This document shows positions 36,914 through 46,184 of a DNA stretch of 64,000 nucleotides, one piece after another; positions within the stretch are counted from its first letter, which is position 1; each line of letters begins with the position of its first letter. The notes under the pieces were generated by a model, which saw nothing but the letters and a program-made list of their open reading frames with translations, ran no database searches and was not told the origin of the DNA. Both the position numbers and the translations under genes were made by a program. The stretch comes from Candidatus Woesearchaeota archaeon (GTDB lineage: Archaea; Nanobdellota; Nanobdellia; SCGC-AAA011-G17; UBA489): positions 18,395-82,394 of the forward strand of contig CAYFJW010000004.1 of the NCBI GenBank assembly GCA_964343875.1, read 5' to 3'.

Positions 36914-38071
36914 ATGGTGGTCTTGACTAAACTTAAAAAAAAAGGAGATTTAAGACATAGTACTTTAATATTACTTATTCTTGCTGGGGTGGGACTAATC
37001 ATTTACTCTTTCTTTTTTGCAGATGTTAAAGAGATTATTGAGACGACTACAGAAGATGAGGTTTGCAGAACGAGTGCTGCTTTAAAGACTAAAACAAAGG
37101 GACCAGTGGGCACGGAATCTCCAGTTAGCTTAAAGTGTGCTATTAATGACTTTAAATCAGATGCTAAATCAAAAGAGGAAGTCAAGTTAGAAATTGCTAA
37201 AGAGATGTATCGTTGTTGGTATAAATATGGGGAGGGCCAGTTAGATTTTTATGATAGTTGGGATTTTGGTGTAAGTGACACTCATTGTTTAATCTGTTCA
37301 AGAATTAAGTTTGATGAAGATGTTGAAGAAATAACCTTTGGAGAATTTGGTGCTTATTTGAACTCTCCATTGCCAGGAAGGGAAGAAACTTTTGCGGAAT
37401 ATTTTACAAAAACACCTCACGCTAAGATACAAATAGGGCCCAAACCTGGAGAGGGTACAACTGCAAGTTCTTTGATGGAGCTAGATAAAGGAACATATGT
37501 TGTTTTTAGAGTGAACAAGCATAATGAAGATAACCAGGCGATTGCTTCTTTGTTTACAAGCGAAGAAGCGGATTTATCTTATACTGCTTCCGGTGTGCTT
37601 GCTGCAGAAGGCGCGGTTTATCAGGGTGCTAGAAGTTATGCATTGGGTGGTGAGGTTATTGGTGGTTTCCAAGATGCGAGTGGAAATTTGTTTTTTTCAC
37701 ATGCGGATGATGCTGGCAAATATTTTGTGAGGGATGCTTCTGGAAAGTTTGTATCTGGTTTTGGATCGACAAAGTTCAATTCTATTGCTGAAATGAATAG
37801 TTTTGCAGTTGGTAAAAATCTGAAGGTTGTTTCAAAAAGCTCTGCTAGGACATTGCTCCGGAAAACTGCTAATCTTGGTGAGAAAGCTGCAATAGGTGTT
37901 GCTTCAAAAGTAGTTGGAAAGAAGGTTGCGGGAAAGCTTATCCCTGTTGCCGGATGGGCGTTGGCAGTTTATGATGCAGTTAGTGCAATAGCGTGGGCAG
38001 ATGAGCTTCACCCAGCGGTTGTGCTTTATGGGGTAAATGATATAAATGCTGCCTGTGATACATTAGCATGA
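36914..38071 (+). CDS. Secreted or membrane-anchored protein, hypothetical
   Basis: N-terminal TM/signal anchor LILLILAGVGLIIYSFFF; 385 aa; Gly/Ala-rich C-terminus. Confidence 0.45.
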   Translation: MVVLTKLKKKGDLRHSTLILLILAGVGLIIYSFFFADVKEIIETTTEDEVCRTSAALKTKTKGPVGTESPVSLKCAINDFKSDAKSKEEVKLEIAKEMYRCWYKYGEGQLDFYDSWDFGVSDTHCLICSRIKFDEDVEEITFGEFGAYLNSPLPGREETFAEYFTKTPHAKIQIGPKPGEGTTASSLMELDKGTYVVFRVNKHNEDNQAIASLFTSEEADLSYTASGVLAAEGAVYQGARSYALGGEVIGGFQDASGNLFFSHADDAGKYFVRDASGKFVSGFGSTKFNSIAEMNSFAVGKNLKVVSKSSARTLLRKTANLGEKAAIGVASKVVGKKVAGKLIPVAGWALAVYDAVSAIAWADELHPAVVLYGVNDINAACDTLA

Positions 38072-38080
38072 GGTTTTTAT

Positions 38081-38215
38081 ATGGAAGTTGGTGAGTTAGC
38101 AGGAATTTTAATTTTTATTACAGTACTGGTAATTTTAATTTTTTTATTAACTGGTGCAGGAGATAAAATGTTTAGTTTAACTGATAGGCTTAGGGAGTTG
38201 TTGATTTTTAGATGA
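38081..38215 (+). CDS. Small hydrophobic protein (44 aa), not in the ORF track
   Basis: MEVGELAGILIFITVLVILIFLLTGAGDKMFSLTDRLRELLIFR; sits in the gap before the pilin genes. Confidence 0.3.
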   Translation: MEVGELAGILIFITVLVILIFLLTGAGDKMFSLTDRLRELLIFR

Positions 38216-38355
38216 TGCTTGGGAAAAAAGGAATGGATCTCATGGTCGGAAGGCTGGTTAAAATATTGATTGTTATCCTTGTTTTAGTTGTTATTTTTTA
38301 TTTTTTAAAAAGGGTTTCTGATGCGGGAAACCTCTTTTTAGGGATGTTTGACTAG
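38212..38355 (+). CDS. Short pilin-like protein (47 aa) with the MxLGKKG class-III-signal-like N-terminus, not in the ORF track
   Basis: MMLGKKGMDLMVGRLVKILIVILVLVVIFYF. Its first 22 nt (atgatgcttgggaaaaaaggaatgg) are nearly identical to the start of the next gene at 38392. Confidence 0.4.
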   Translation: MMLGKKGMDLMVGRLVKILIVILVLVVIFYFLKRVSDAGNLFLGMFD

Positions 38356-38391
38356 CATAATGTTTAAAAGGATAAGAGTTGTTATTTTCGG

Positions 38392-40101
38392 ATGGTGCTT
38401 GGGAAAAAAGGAGTGAGTCTTCCTATAAATCTGATAATTATTATAATTATTGGACTTTTTGTTTTTGGGGCAGCTTATTTTGGTTTTATTAAACCTTCAC
38501 AAGAAGGAAGTAGCGTATTTGGAGATCAGCTTGATGCGTTTAAGGATAAAAAATTTAGCTTAATGGATTTTGATACGCTAACAAAAGAAGAAAAACAAAA
38601 AATTGCAGAGGATAGTCCTCGGTCTATTGTAGAAAATACACTAAACTCTATTGATGGTTTAATTCCTGGAGACTGTAATAGGGCTAAGAAGATTGCGGAG
38701 TTACTGAGGAATGAGAAAAAAGTATCTGGCTTTGATAAAGATTTTGAACTTACGGTTGCTGATATTGAGATACTGGATGATCTGATCCAAAAAGCTGATG
38801 GTTGTATCAAACAAGGAGGGGTTGATTCTATTGATGCACAAATTAGAAATATCAATGGTTTAATTAAATCTGGAGAGGACGGGTTAGGGTCTTGCAGTAG
38901 TGCAAAGTTAATTTCTGAAGGTCTTCTGAGTAGCGGGGTTCAGAGAAGTGATGGGGCGGTCGTAATGCCAGACCAATCTCAAGAACTCCAGATTAAAGCT
39001 GCAATTGAAAGGGCAGACCTTTGTATCGAGGTTTATGAGGTGCCTTTGAGAGAAGAAAAAGAAGAAATAAGGAAGGCAAATGATAACCTAATAGCTGAAA
39101 AAGAATGGTATGGTGTGTTGTTGAAGGATTATGATGCCGCCCTTAAAAGATTTAAACTAGATGTTCCAAGAGTCTTTGATTTTGAGAGTGAGTGTAGTAA
39201 TGAGAATAAAAACCAGTGGGAACTGTTATCTGGAAGGACACAAGATACTAGGACTAAGGTTGTAGGAGAGGAGGGTGATTATTCTGGTTTAGATAGGAAG
39301 GAAAAAGAAATTATATTCTCTCTTGACGATCAAGCAGATTATTTTAATTTTGTTTGTAAGATGCGGGATGGAGATTGTAAGAGGTCTTATTATTCTCCCT
39401 CTAAATTTTTTGAGTTTTCTGATGTAGATTTACCTAGGGAATTGAAATCTGAAGAAATATATGCTGTGTACAAATTAGAAGAATCTCAATGTTATAAGGG
39501 TAAAAAAGATTTTGTTAATTCATGGAAAAGTTTTGAAGATGTTAAAGAATCTGATAAAGATCAAAGCTTGTATACTGCCTTTTTTAGTGATTATATTTCA
39601 ATGTTGAATGTGGATATTTTAGATTATAGCTTTGCTATGATGAACAGCATGAAATATGTTGAGGAGAAAATCACAAGTTATGGTGGGAATGATGATGAAG
39701 AACTTGCGGCATTTAGGAATGATAATATTATTGGTTGCCCATGGGACTTTTCCGATTATGATGAGAATATCAATAGCAATCCTGAGCATTGTAGTAGCTT
39801 TAACTATGCTGTTGTGAGCAAGTTTTTGGGTCCCTATGGATTGGATATATTGGATGACTCTCTTAGTGGGTCTGAACAGTTGTTGTTAGCTGTTGAAGAG
39901 GGATGGATACTTGATCCCGTATTATGTTATTGGAGAACTTCGGGGGACAATACTTGTAATTCTTGTAAGTATGGTTCTTATCAGGGGAAGTTAAATAGCT
40001 GTGGAGAATATTTAGAACAGAGTACTTGTGAATTGAATTCTTGTGGTCAGAATGCTCCAGGTGGTTGTAGGTGGACTGGTTCGAAGTGTATTGAGAGTTA
40101 G
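38392..40101 (+). CDS. Large pilin-like / surface protein with class-III signal peptide and Cys-rich C-terminus (candidate adhesin)
   Basis: MVLGKKG|VSLPINLIIIIIIGLFVFG N-terminus; 569 aa; more than 20 Cys, concentrated C-terminally. Confidence 0.55.
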   Translation: MVLGKKGVSLPINLIIIIIIGLFVFGAAYFGFIKPSQEGSSVFGDQLDAFKDKKFSLMDFDTLTKEEKQKIAEDSPRSIVENTLNSIDGLIPGDCNRAKKIAELLRNEKKVSGFDKDFELTVADIEILDDLIQKADGCIKQGGVDSIDAQIRNINGLIKSGEDGLGSCSSAKLISEGLLSSGVQRSDGAVVMPDQSQELQIKAAIERADLCIEVYEVPLREEKEEIRKANDNLIAEKEWYGVLLKDYDAALKRFKLDVPRVFDFESECSNENKNQWELLSGRTQDTRTKVVGEEGDYSGLDRKEKEIIFSLDDQADYFNFVCKMRDGDCKRSYYSPSKFFEFSDVDLPRELKSEEIYAVYKLEESQCYKGKKDFVNSWKSFEDVKESDKDQSLYTAFFSDYISMLNVDILDYSFAMMNSMKYVEEKITSYGGNDDEELAAFRNDNIIGCPWDFSDYDENINSNPEHCSSFNYAVVSKFLGPYGLDILDDSLSGSEQLLLAVEEGWILDPVLCYWRTSGDNTCNSCKYGSYQGKLNSCGEYLEQSTCELNSCGQNAPGGCRWTGSKCIES

Positions 40102-40138
40102 AAACTTTTAAATACATCAAAAAATGTGGAGATAACAG

Positions 40139-40558
40139 ATGAGAAGAATTGGTGTTTTGGGAAGGTATTTTAAGGATAAGAGGGGTGTAGAACTTACTCT
40201 TAATACAGTTATAATTGCTATTCTTGTTGTGCTTGTTCTTATTGTTCTTATTGGATTTTTCCTTGGAGGGACTGGGAAAGCTAAATCACAGATACAAGAT
40301 CTTTTTGGTTCAAGTACTAGTGCTTCTTCGGTGAGTATTGCGATTGAACAGTGCAAGATCTATTGTGATCAAGTTAAGGATTCTGGTATGACTGCTGAAC
40401 AGGCTAAAACATCTCTTTATTGTACGAAAAGTTTTAAATTAGACACTAATGGGGATGGTGTGGCAGATTTAGAGGGCGGATCGGATAGTAAGGAGATAGA
40501 TTACAAATGTAGTGGTCCTCCTTTGTCCGTTGTGTGTAATCCGGTCGTAACTTGTTAA
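40139..40558 (+). CDS. Type IV pilin-like protein (class-III signal peptide)
   Basis: FKDKRG|VELTLNTVIIAILVVLVLIVLIGFF; Cys-containing C-terminal domain. Confidence 0.55.
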   Translation: MRRIGVLGRYFKDKRGVELTLNTVIIAILVVLVLIVLIGFFLGGTGKAKSQIQDLFGSSTSASSVSIAIEQCKIYCDQVKDSGMTAEQAKTSLYCTKSFKLDTNGDGVADLEGGSDSKEIDYKCSGPPLSVVCNPVVTC

Positions 40559-40613
40559 ATAATAAATGGGGTTTGCTCAATAAGTTTATAAGTGTGTGAG
40601 CTGTCTTTGTGAG

Positions 40614-41129
40614 ATGTTTAATGGCAAGAGGGGACAGTCCATAGGAATGTTTGAATCTATTCCTGGTATCCTTCTTGGGGCTATAATTACTATTGCAATT
40701 GTGGGTGTCATTGCAGCTTTTTGGACTCTGTTTTTCAATACAGGAGGGATTGATTCTACAACGAGGAATACTTTTGATTTGGTTGTTAATGATATTTTAG
40801 ATATGCAGGGTTTAGATGAGCCATCTAGAAATGTTAATATTCAGTTTGAAGATGAGTACACATTGGTTGCGTTTAGTAAGGATTCATGGAGTGTTGGGGC
40901 ATGTAGGGGTCTCGAAATTGTTAGGCCCTTAAAAAGCTGTGAGGGGGCCTGTATCTGTATTTGCATGAATGAGCAAGGAGAAAATATGTGCAATGTAAAG
41001 AATGTAATCTGTAGGGATTTTGATAACATTGATTTGGATTTTGAAGGAGAATGTAATCTAATTGATGGAACTGGTGAGCCACAAAGTATTCAGCTTAGAC
41101 AAACAAACAACAAGTTCAACATCACTTGA
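40614..41129 (+). CDS. Type IV pilin-like protein, likely starting at MFNGKRG
   Basis: NGKRG|QSIGMFESIPGILLGAIITIAIVGVIAAF. Confidence 0.5.
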   Translation: MFNGKRGQSIGMFESIPGILLGAIITIAIVGVIAAFWTLFFNTGGIDSTTRNTFDLVVNDILDMQGLDEPSRNVNIQFEDEYTLVAFSKDSWSVGACRGLEIVRPLKSCEGACICICMNEQGENMCNVKNVICRDFDNIDLDFEGECNLIDGTGEPQSIQLRQTNNKFNIT

Positions 41130-41170
41130 TTTATCAAAAACCATTTAAGGTTAAAGTCTATCTTTTTGGT

Positions 41171-41560
41171 ATGAATAAAAAAGGGACTTCGTTATGGTAT
41201 ATCTGGCTCGTTCATTTTTTCTTGGTAGTGGTTATATTTTTAACACTCTATGGTAAGGTTGTAGCAAGTAAGGATGATACGGGTTATAACTTAGATTTTT
41301 ACGCAAAAGATATAGCTTATGGGGTTGAAGGAATGTTGTGGGCAGATGGAGATATTTCTTATGTATACCCACTCAAAGAGAAATATGATATCCAAATTAA
41401 TAATGATATTGGGCTTGTTTTTGTGAAAAAGGGTATGGCTCAGGAAAGTTATCCTTTTAGGGTGCGACCTGGATTCTTGGTGAAGGTTGAACCTTCTTTT
41501 TTGGATGGAGAATTAGAGAATCCTTATTTGATTAGTAAGGTGGAGAGTGAAGTCACATGA
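41171..41560 (+). CDS. Pilin-like protein, likely starting at MNKKG
   Basis: MNKKG|TSLWYIWLVHFFLVVVIFL. Confidence 0.45.
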   Translation: MNKKGTSLWYIWLVHFFLVVVIFLTLYGKVVASKDDTGYNLDFYAKDIAYGVEGMLWADGDISYVYPLKEKYDIQINNDIGLVFVKKGMAQESYPFRVRPGFLVKVEPSFLDGELENPYLISKVESEVT

Positions 41561-41970
41561 GTTTTATGACTACAATGATGATGATTAAAGCGATTGCAGC
41601 TGTGATCATAGTTACTGTTTCTTCTTTTGTTTTTGTGGCTATCCTTGGCAGTCATTTAGGGAGAGAAGTCTATACAGAGGATATTGAATTTTCTTTGGCA
41701 AAAGAGCACGTAGTTAATGTTTTTACAGAGGATGGTGTGACTACAAAAAAAAGTTGGGATGAGTTTGAGATGATGGAAGATCCTAGGTTTGCCATGAAGG
41801 TGGAACTTGGGGAAGAGAGTTATATTTCTAATTCTCGGCTTTATGAATATGGAGGTCTTTGTTCAATTGATGGGGCCTTTATTATGTGTAGTCCGGAATT
41901 CAATGACTTCTATTTGGTTGATGGTGATTTAGAAAGCGCAAAGCTTAGTGTGGTGATTGAAATTGGATAA
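41557..41970 (+). CDS. Pilin-like / membrane-anchored small protein
   Basis: N-terminal hydrophobic helix IKAIAAVIIVTVSSFVFVAIL; start overlaps the previous stop. Confidence 0.4.
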   Translation: MSFMTTMMMIKAIAAVIIVTVSSFVFVAILGSHLGREVYTEDIEFSLAKEHVVNVFTEDGVTTKKSWDEFEMMEDPRFAMKVELGEESYISNSRLYEYGGLCSIDGAFIMCSPEFNDFYLVDGDLESAKLSVVIEIG

Positions 41971-42439
41971 GAAGGGTCTGTTTGGAATATCTGAAACATT
42001 TGCAATATTCTTGTTAGTAATTGCTTTTGTTGGCTTTTGGCTTGCTTTTGAGATCGCAGATAGTTTTGGCTCTGGAGATGGGGAGTTGGTTTCATATGAA
42101 ATTGAGGAATCTAAAGAGTATGGCCTGGTGTTTTTAAAAACACCTTTAGAAATTGATGGTATTAAGATGACTTTTGCAGATTTAATTGTTGAAAGTGTGG
42201 AAAGTAAAGATTATGAACTACTTGAAGAATCTTTGGATGAACAATTTGATGAGTCTGAGATTTATTGGTTGGTCTTAGTTCATGATTCTGAGGGTAATCT
42301 GGTTAAAAAATTAACAAGATCTGGATGGTCTTCTAAGGGCGGGCAGAGGGAAAATATTCAGGAAATTAGGGTTCCTGGTTATAATGAAGATGAATTGAGA
42401 ATAAGTCTAAGATTAACTGGGGGAGAGAGGCTAGTTTAG
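41957..42439 (+). CDS. Pilin-like protein (class-III signal peptide)
   Basis: LDKKG|LFGISETFAIFLLVIAFVGFWL. Confidence 0.5.
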   Translation: MKLDKKGLFGISETFAIFLLVIAFVGFWLAFEIADSFGSGDGELVSYEIEESKEYGLVFLKTPLEIDGIKMTFADLIVESVESKDYELLEESLDEQFDESEIYWLVLVHDSEGNLVKKLTRSGWSSKGGQRENIQEIRVPGYNEDELRISLRLTGGERLV

Positions 42440-43261
42440 ATGGCATTGAATTGTTTGAAATCAAAGAAAGGACTTCTTATTGAAGGGACTGCAATAGTAA
42501 TCGTATTTCTCTTAAGTACAGCTATGGTTTATTTGTTGTGGGATAATACTGAGAGTCATGAAGAATTAAAGATTGGACAGATGTTGTTGGATGTTTATAG
42601 GGTAGAGGAAAAAGTAGAGGAATTTGAATACTTTTTTGTGAAAAGTGGCGAATATTCCTTGTTAAATGGACTGAAAAATAATATCAATGTTGGTCTGCTT
42701 GATGGTACTAAATGTAGTGTTCTATATGACTTGGAAAAGGGTGAAGAATGTTATATTGAGAATTTAATTGATGTTTTTGGAGAGAATGTTGCTGAAAAAA
42801 CGAGTGAGCATTTCATAGAAGAATTTGATAATAGTGTGTATGGTTTGAATTTTAAAAAAGTGAGATTTAAAACCCAAAAAGTGAATAAGGAATTAATTTT
42901 AAATATTAAAAGTGATGAGAAAATTGATTTTGGTAGGGATGCTGAGAGAAAAATGGTGTATAATGTTTCAATAGACTTTAATACTAAACTAGAATTTGCT
43001 TTTGATGAGTATCTTAAGATGATTACACCATTAAAAAATAATTTAGCTTGTTTGGAAAGTCTGAGTGATATAAACTCTGAGGGTTCAGCAGTGAGTAATT
43101 GCCTGAATGCCTACCCAGAATTTTCGAATTTAAAGAAAGAAGGAGGGATCTTATCGTTTGATTATACTGTTAAAGGTGTTTTATTTGAAAAGAAATTAAC
43201 TGGGCCTTTTAGATTGGATATTGAGGGGTTCAGGAGGGCTACGATGGCCAGTATCGCCTAA
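42440..43261 (+). CDS. Pilin-like protein (class-III signal peptide), 273 aa
   Basis: KSKKG|LLIEGTAIVIVFLLSTAMVYL. Confidence 0.5.
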   Translation: MALNCLKSKKGLLIEGTAIVIVFLLSTAMVYLLWDNTESHEELKIGQMLLDVYRVEEKVEEFEYFFVKSGEYSLLNGLKNNINVGLLDGTKCSVLYDLEKGEECYIENLIDVFGENVAEKTSEHFIEEFDNSVYGLNFKKVRFKTQKVNKELILNIKSDEKIDFGRDAERKMVYNVSIDFNTKLEFAFDEYLKMITPLKNNLACLESLSDINSEGSAVSNCLNAYPEFSNLKKEGGILSFDYTVKGVLFEKKLTGPFRLDIEGFRRATMASIA

Positions 43262-43318
43262 GCTTTTAATACATTCATGCTGGATAACAACAATCTATAA
43301 AAAGAGACTTCTCGTTTT

Positions 43319-44335
43319 TTGGTTAAAATGATGGGCCTAAGTCTTGATGAAATTGTTTCTCAAATTAAAGAAAAGAAGGGCTTGTCTGAAGAAGAGATTA
43401 AATTAAAGATTTCTCAGAAAAGAGACAAGTTAAGTGGTTTAGTTAGCGAAGAAGGTGCCGCCCATATTATTGCTAATGAGCTTGGAATTGATTTAATGGA
43501 ATCTATTCGTAAACATGGTTTGAAGATAATTAAGTTAAAGCCTGGGATGAGAGTGGGTGTTACAGGGAAGGTTGTTAAGAATTATGAAGTTAGAACTTTC
43601 ACAAGAAATGAAAGAACTGGAAAGGTTGGAAGTTTTTTGATTGGTGATGACTCGGGGTTAATTAGGATTGTTTTATGGGACGATAATCATATTGCTAAAA
43701 TGGAAAATGGTGAGATAAAACCGGATGCAATTATTAAGATTGAAAATGGAACTGTTAAGGAGAATAATGGTTACAAGGAAATGCATCTTGGCAACTTTAG
43801 CCAAATAGAAGTTAATCCCGAAGGTGTTGGAGATATACAGGTTGTACAAAGAAACAATTCTGCTGTTGATATGGGTGAATCTGAAGTTAAGATATCTAAG
43901 TTAAGTGATGCTAATACTGGGGACAATGTTACGGTGTATGGAACGGTTGTTCAATTGTTTGAACCAAGGTCTTATGATGGTTGTTCTGAATGTGCTAAGA
44001 AGGTTGTTGATGGGAAGTGTGGTGCACATCCAACTGCTACAGTGAAAAAGATTCCAATATTGAATTTTTTCTTAGATGATGGCAATGCTGGAATGCGGGC
44101 TGTTGCATTTAGAGATGCTGCGGCGAAGATGTTAGATTTAGATGAGGCGGGTATGGATGGTTTGATTGGAAATGCAGCTGCTTTTGAAGACATCAAAGTT
44201 AAGACGCTTGGGGCACAGAAGGTTTTGAGCGGCAGGGTTACTTCTAATGAAATGTATGACCGGAATGAATTTATGGTTAGAAACGTTCATGAGATGGAAA
44301 CTAAGGATGTTTTGTCTAAGGTGTTAAATCAATAA
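43319..44335 (+). CDS. RPA-like ssDNA-binding protein: N-terminal helical domain, OB fold, C-terminal zinc ribbon
   Basis: OB-fold segment VGVTGKVVKNYEVRTFTRNERTGKVGSFLIGDDSGLIRIVLWDD followed by CSECAKKVVDGKCGAHP. Confidence 0.5.
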   Translation: MVKMMGLSLDEIVSQIKEKKGLSEEEIKLKISQKRDKLSGLVSEEGAAHIIANELGIDLMESIRKHGLKIIKLKPGMRVGVTGKVVKNYEVRTFTRNERTGKVGSFLIGDDSGLIRIVLWDDNHIAKMENGEIKPDAIIKIENGTVKENNGYKEMHLGNFSQIEVNPEGVGDIQVVQRNNSAVDMGESEVKISKLSDANTGDNVTVYGTVVQLFEPRSYDGCSECAKKVVDGKCGAHPTATVKKIPILNFFLDDGNAGMRAVAFRDAAAKMLDLDEAGMDGLIGNAAAFEDIKVKTLGAQKVLSGRVTSNEMYDRNEFMVRNVHEMETKDVLSKVLNQ

Positions 44336-44365
44336 TTTTTTAAGTTAGGAGGTGTTTTAGGGAGT

Positions 44366-44761
44366 ATGGTAAAGGGAAGGGGAAGGAAGACAAAGGTTAG
44401 CGTCAAGAAGGGTAATGATTTTTTATCGATATTTATTTTAGTTGTGTTGTTGTTTATCTTTGCTAGTTTGCGTTTTGGCGGTTTTTTGACTGGGAGTGCT
44501 GTTTCTGATGTTCAACTTAGTGTTTCTGATGTTCAACTTAGAAATGAGGTTTGGAAGGTTGATTCTTGCAGTGTTCAATCGGCAGAAGATATGGCGTTAG
44601 AGCTTAAGTGGAACTATGGTTGTAGCGTTAATTATTGTCGTGAAGCGGCTTATGGGTTGGATTTGCCATTGGGCAATATTGCCGATTTAAACTGTGTTAC
44701 TAGTGATCAGAGAGCTAAGTGGGAAGGCCACTGTAATGATATCTTTGAGGCTATATGCTGA
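44366..44761 (+). CDS. Small pilin-like, Cys-rich secreted protein
   Basis: VKKG|NDFLSIFILVVLLFIFASL N-terminus; contains an 18-bp perfect tandem repeat (gtttctgatgttcaactta x2 at about 44499-44540) encoding SVSDVQL x2. Confidence 0.4.
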   Translation: MVKGRGRKTKVSVKKGNDFLSIFILVVLLFIFASLRFGGFLTGSAVSDVQLSVSDVQLRNEVWKVDSCSVQSAEDMALELKWNYGCSVNYCREAAYGLDLPLGNIADLNCVTSDQRAKWEGHCNDIFEAIC

Positions 44762-44897
44762 GATTTAGGCATTTACTGCACTTACTTTCTAGCACATATT
44801 TCTTTAAAAAATCCAGAGATTTAACGGTGTTGGCTCGAAAGAGCATATAAAATTAAAACCTTATGGGGCTTTTGCTAAGCAAGAGTAGGAGAATAAA

Positions 44898-45191
44898 ATG
44901 AAAAAAAACGAAAAAAGTTCTATGGACGCTGTTCCAAATAGGCCATTCAAAGAATGGAAAGCAGGTAATCTTAAGGTTGCTCTGTGGAAAAATAAGAAAG
45001 ACATGGAAGACGGTTCTGAGATCGAATTCAAGACAGTTAGTTTGACTAGAAGTTATAGGAAGACTGGTGAAGATATATGGAGACATGATGTGATTAATTT
45101 ACGTAGGAATGATCTTCAGAAAGCAATATTAGTTTTGCAGAAAGCACAAGAAGACTTGTTGTTGTTTGATGCAGGAAAAGATGATGAGTGA
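44898..45191 (+). CDS. Hypothetical small protein co-oriented upstream of radA
   Basis: 97-aa ORF ending 8 nt before radA. Confidence 0.35.
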   Translation: MKKNEKSSMDAVPNRPFKEWKAGNLKVALWKNKKDMEDGSEIEFKTVSLTRSYRKTGEDIWRHDVINLRRNDLQKAILVLQKAQEDLLLFDAGKDDE

Positions 45192-45198
45192 GGTGTGA

Positions 45199-46158
45199 TT
45201 GATGAGCAAGAAAGAGATTAAAGTTACAGATTTGCCTGGAGTTGGTGCAGCTACTGCTGAGAAATTGGCGGAGGCTGGCTTTGACTCTTTAATGGCCTTG
45301 GCAATTGCTAGTCCTGCAAAAGTTGTTGAGATTGCTGGCGTTGGGGAGGCACCTGCTAGGAAGATCATTAATGCTGCTCGGAATTCGTTGGACATGGGCT
45401 TTGAGAGTGGATTAGACTTATTGGATAAAAGACAGAGTGTTATTAAGATAAGCACTGGGTCTAAGAATGTTGATGAAATGCTTGGCGGTGGGATCGAATC
45501 CGGCGCAATAACAGAATGTTATGGTGCTTATGGTTCAGGTAAGACAAGTATTGCGCATCAATTAGCCGTTAATGTTCAATTGCCTAAGGATCAAGGTGGT
45601 GCCGAAGGTGTTGCTGTTTGGATTGATACTGAAGGGACATTGAGACCTGAGTATTTGAAACCGATTGCATCTGCTAAAGGAATGGATGCTGATGAGGCTC
45701 TTAAAAATTTTAGAGGTGTAAGAGCATTTAATTCCGACCACCAAATGTTGTTAGCTGAAAAAGTTGAAGACCTGATTAAGAAAGATGGTTTGCCAATTAG
45801 GTTAATTATAGTTGATAGTTTAATGGGACATTTTAGAAGTGAGTTTGCTGGACGTGGTACTTTGGCGGATAGGCAGCAGAAGTTGAATAAACATTTGCAC
45901 GCACTTTTGAAGATTGCAACACAGCACAATATTGCAGTGTATATTACTAACCAAGTAATGGCTAAGCCGGATACTTTCTTTGGTGATCCAACTGAGGCTA
46001 TTGGTGGGCATGTTGTTGCACACACAAGTACTGTTAGAGTTTATCTTAGGAGAGGTAAGAAAGGAACTAGAGTTGCTAAGTTGGTTGATGCACCTGCATT
46101 ACCTGATGGTGAGGCTGCATTTATGGTGACTAATGAAGGGATAAAGGACGTTGCTTAA
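45199..46158 (+). CDS. radA: RadA recombinase
   Basis: N-terminal HhH (LPGVGAATAEKLAEAGF), Walker A GAYGSGKTS, and the rest of the RecA/Rad51 core; 319 aa. Confidence 0.92.
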   Translation: MMSKKEIKVTDLPGVGAATAEKLAEAGFDSLMALAIASPAKVVEIAGVGEAPARKIINAARNSLDMGFESGLDLLDKRQSVIKISTGSKNVDEMLGGGIESGAITECYGAYGSGKTSIAHQLAVNVQLPKDQGGAEGVAVWIDTEGTLRPEYLKPIASAKGMDADEALKNFRGVRAFNSDHQMLLAEKVEDLIKKDGLPIRLIIVDSLMGHFRSEFAGRGTLADRQQKLNKHLHALLKIATQHNIAVYITNQVMAKPDTFFGDPTEAIGGHVVAHTSTVRVYLRRGKKGTRVAKLVDAPALPDGEAAFMVTNEGIKDVA

Positions 46159-46184
46159 CGTCCTCCTCCCGAAAAGCTTATATC

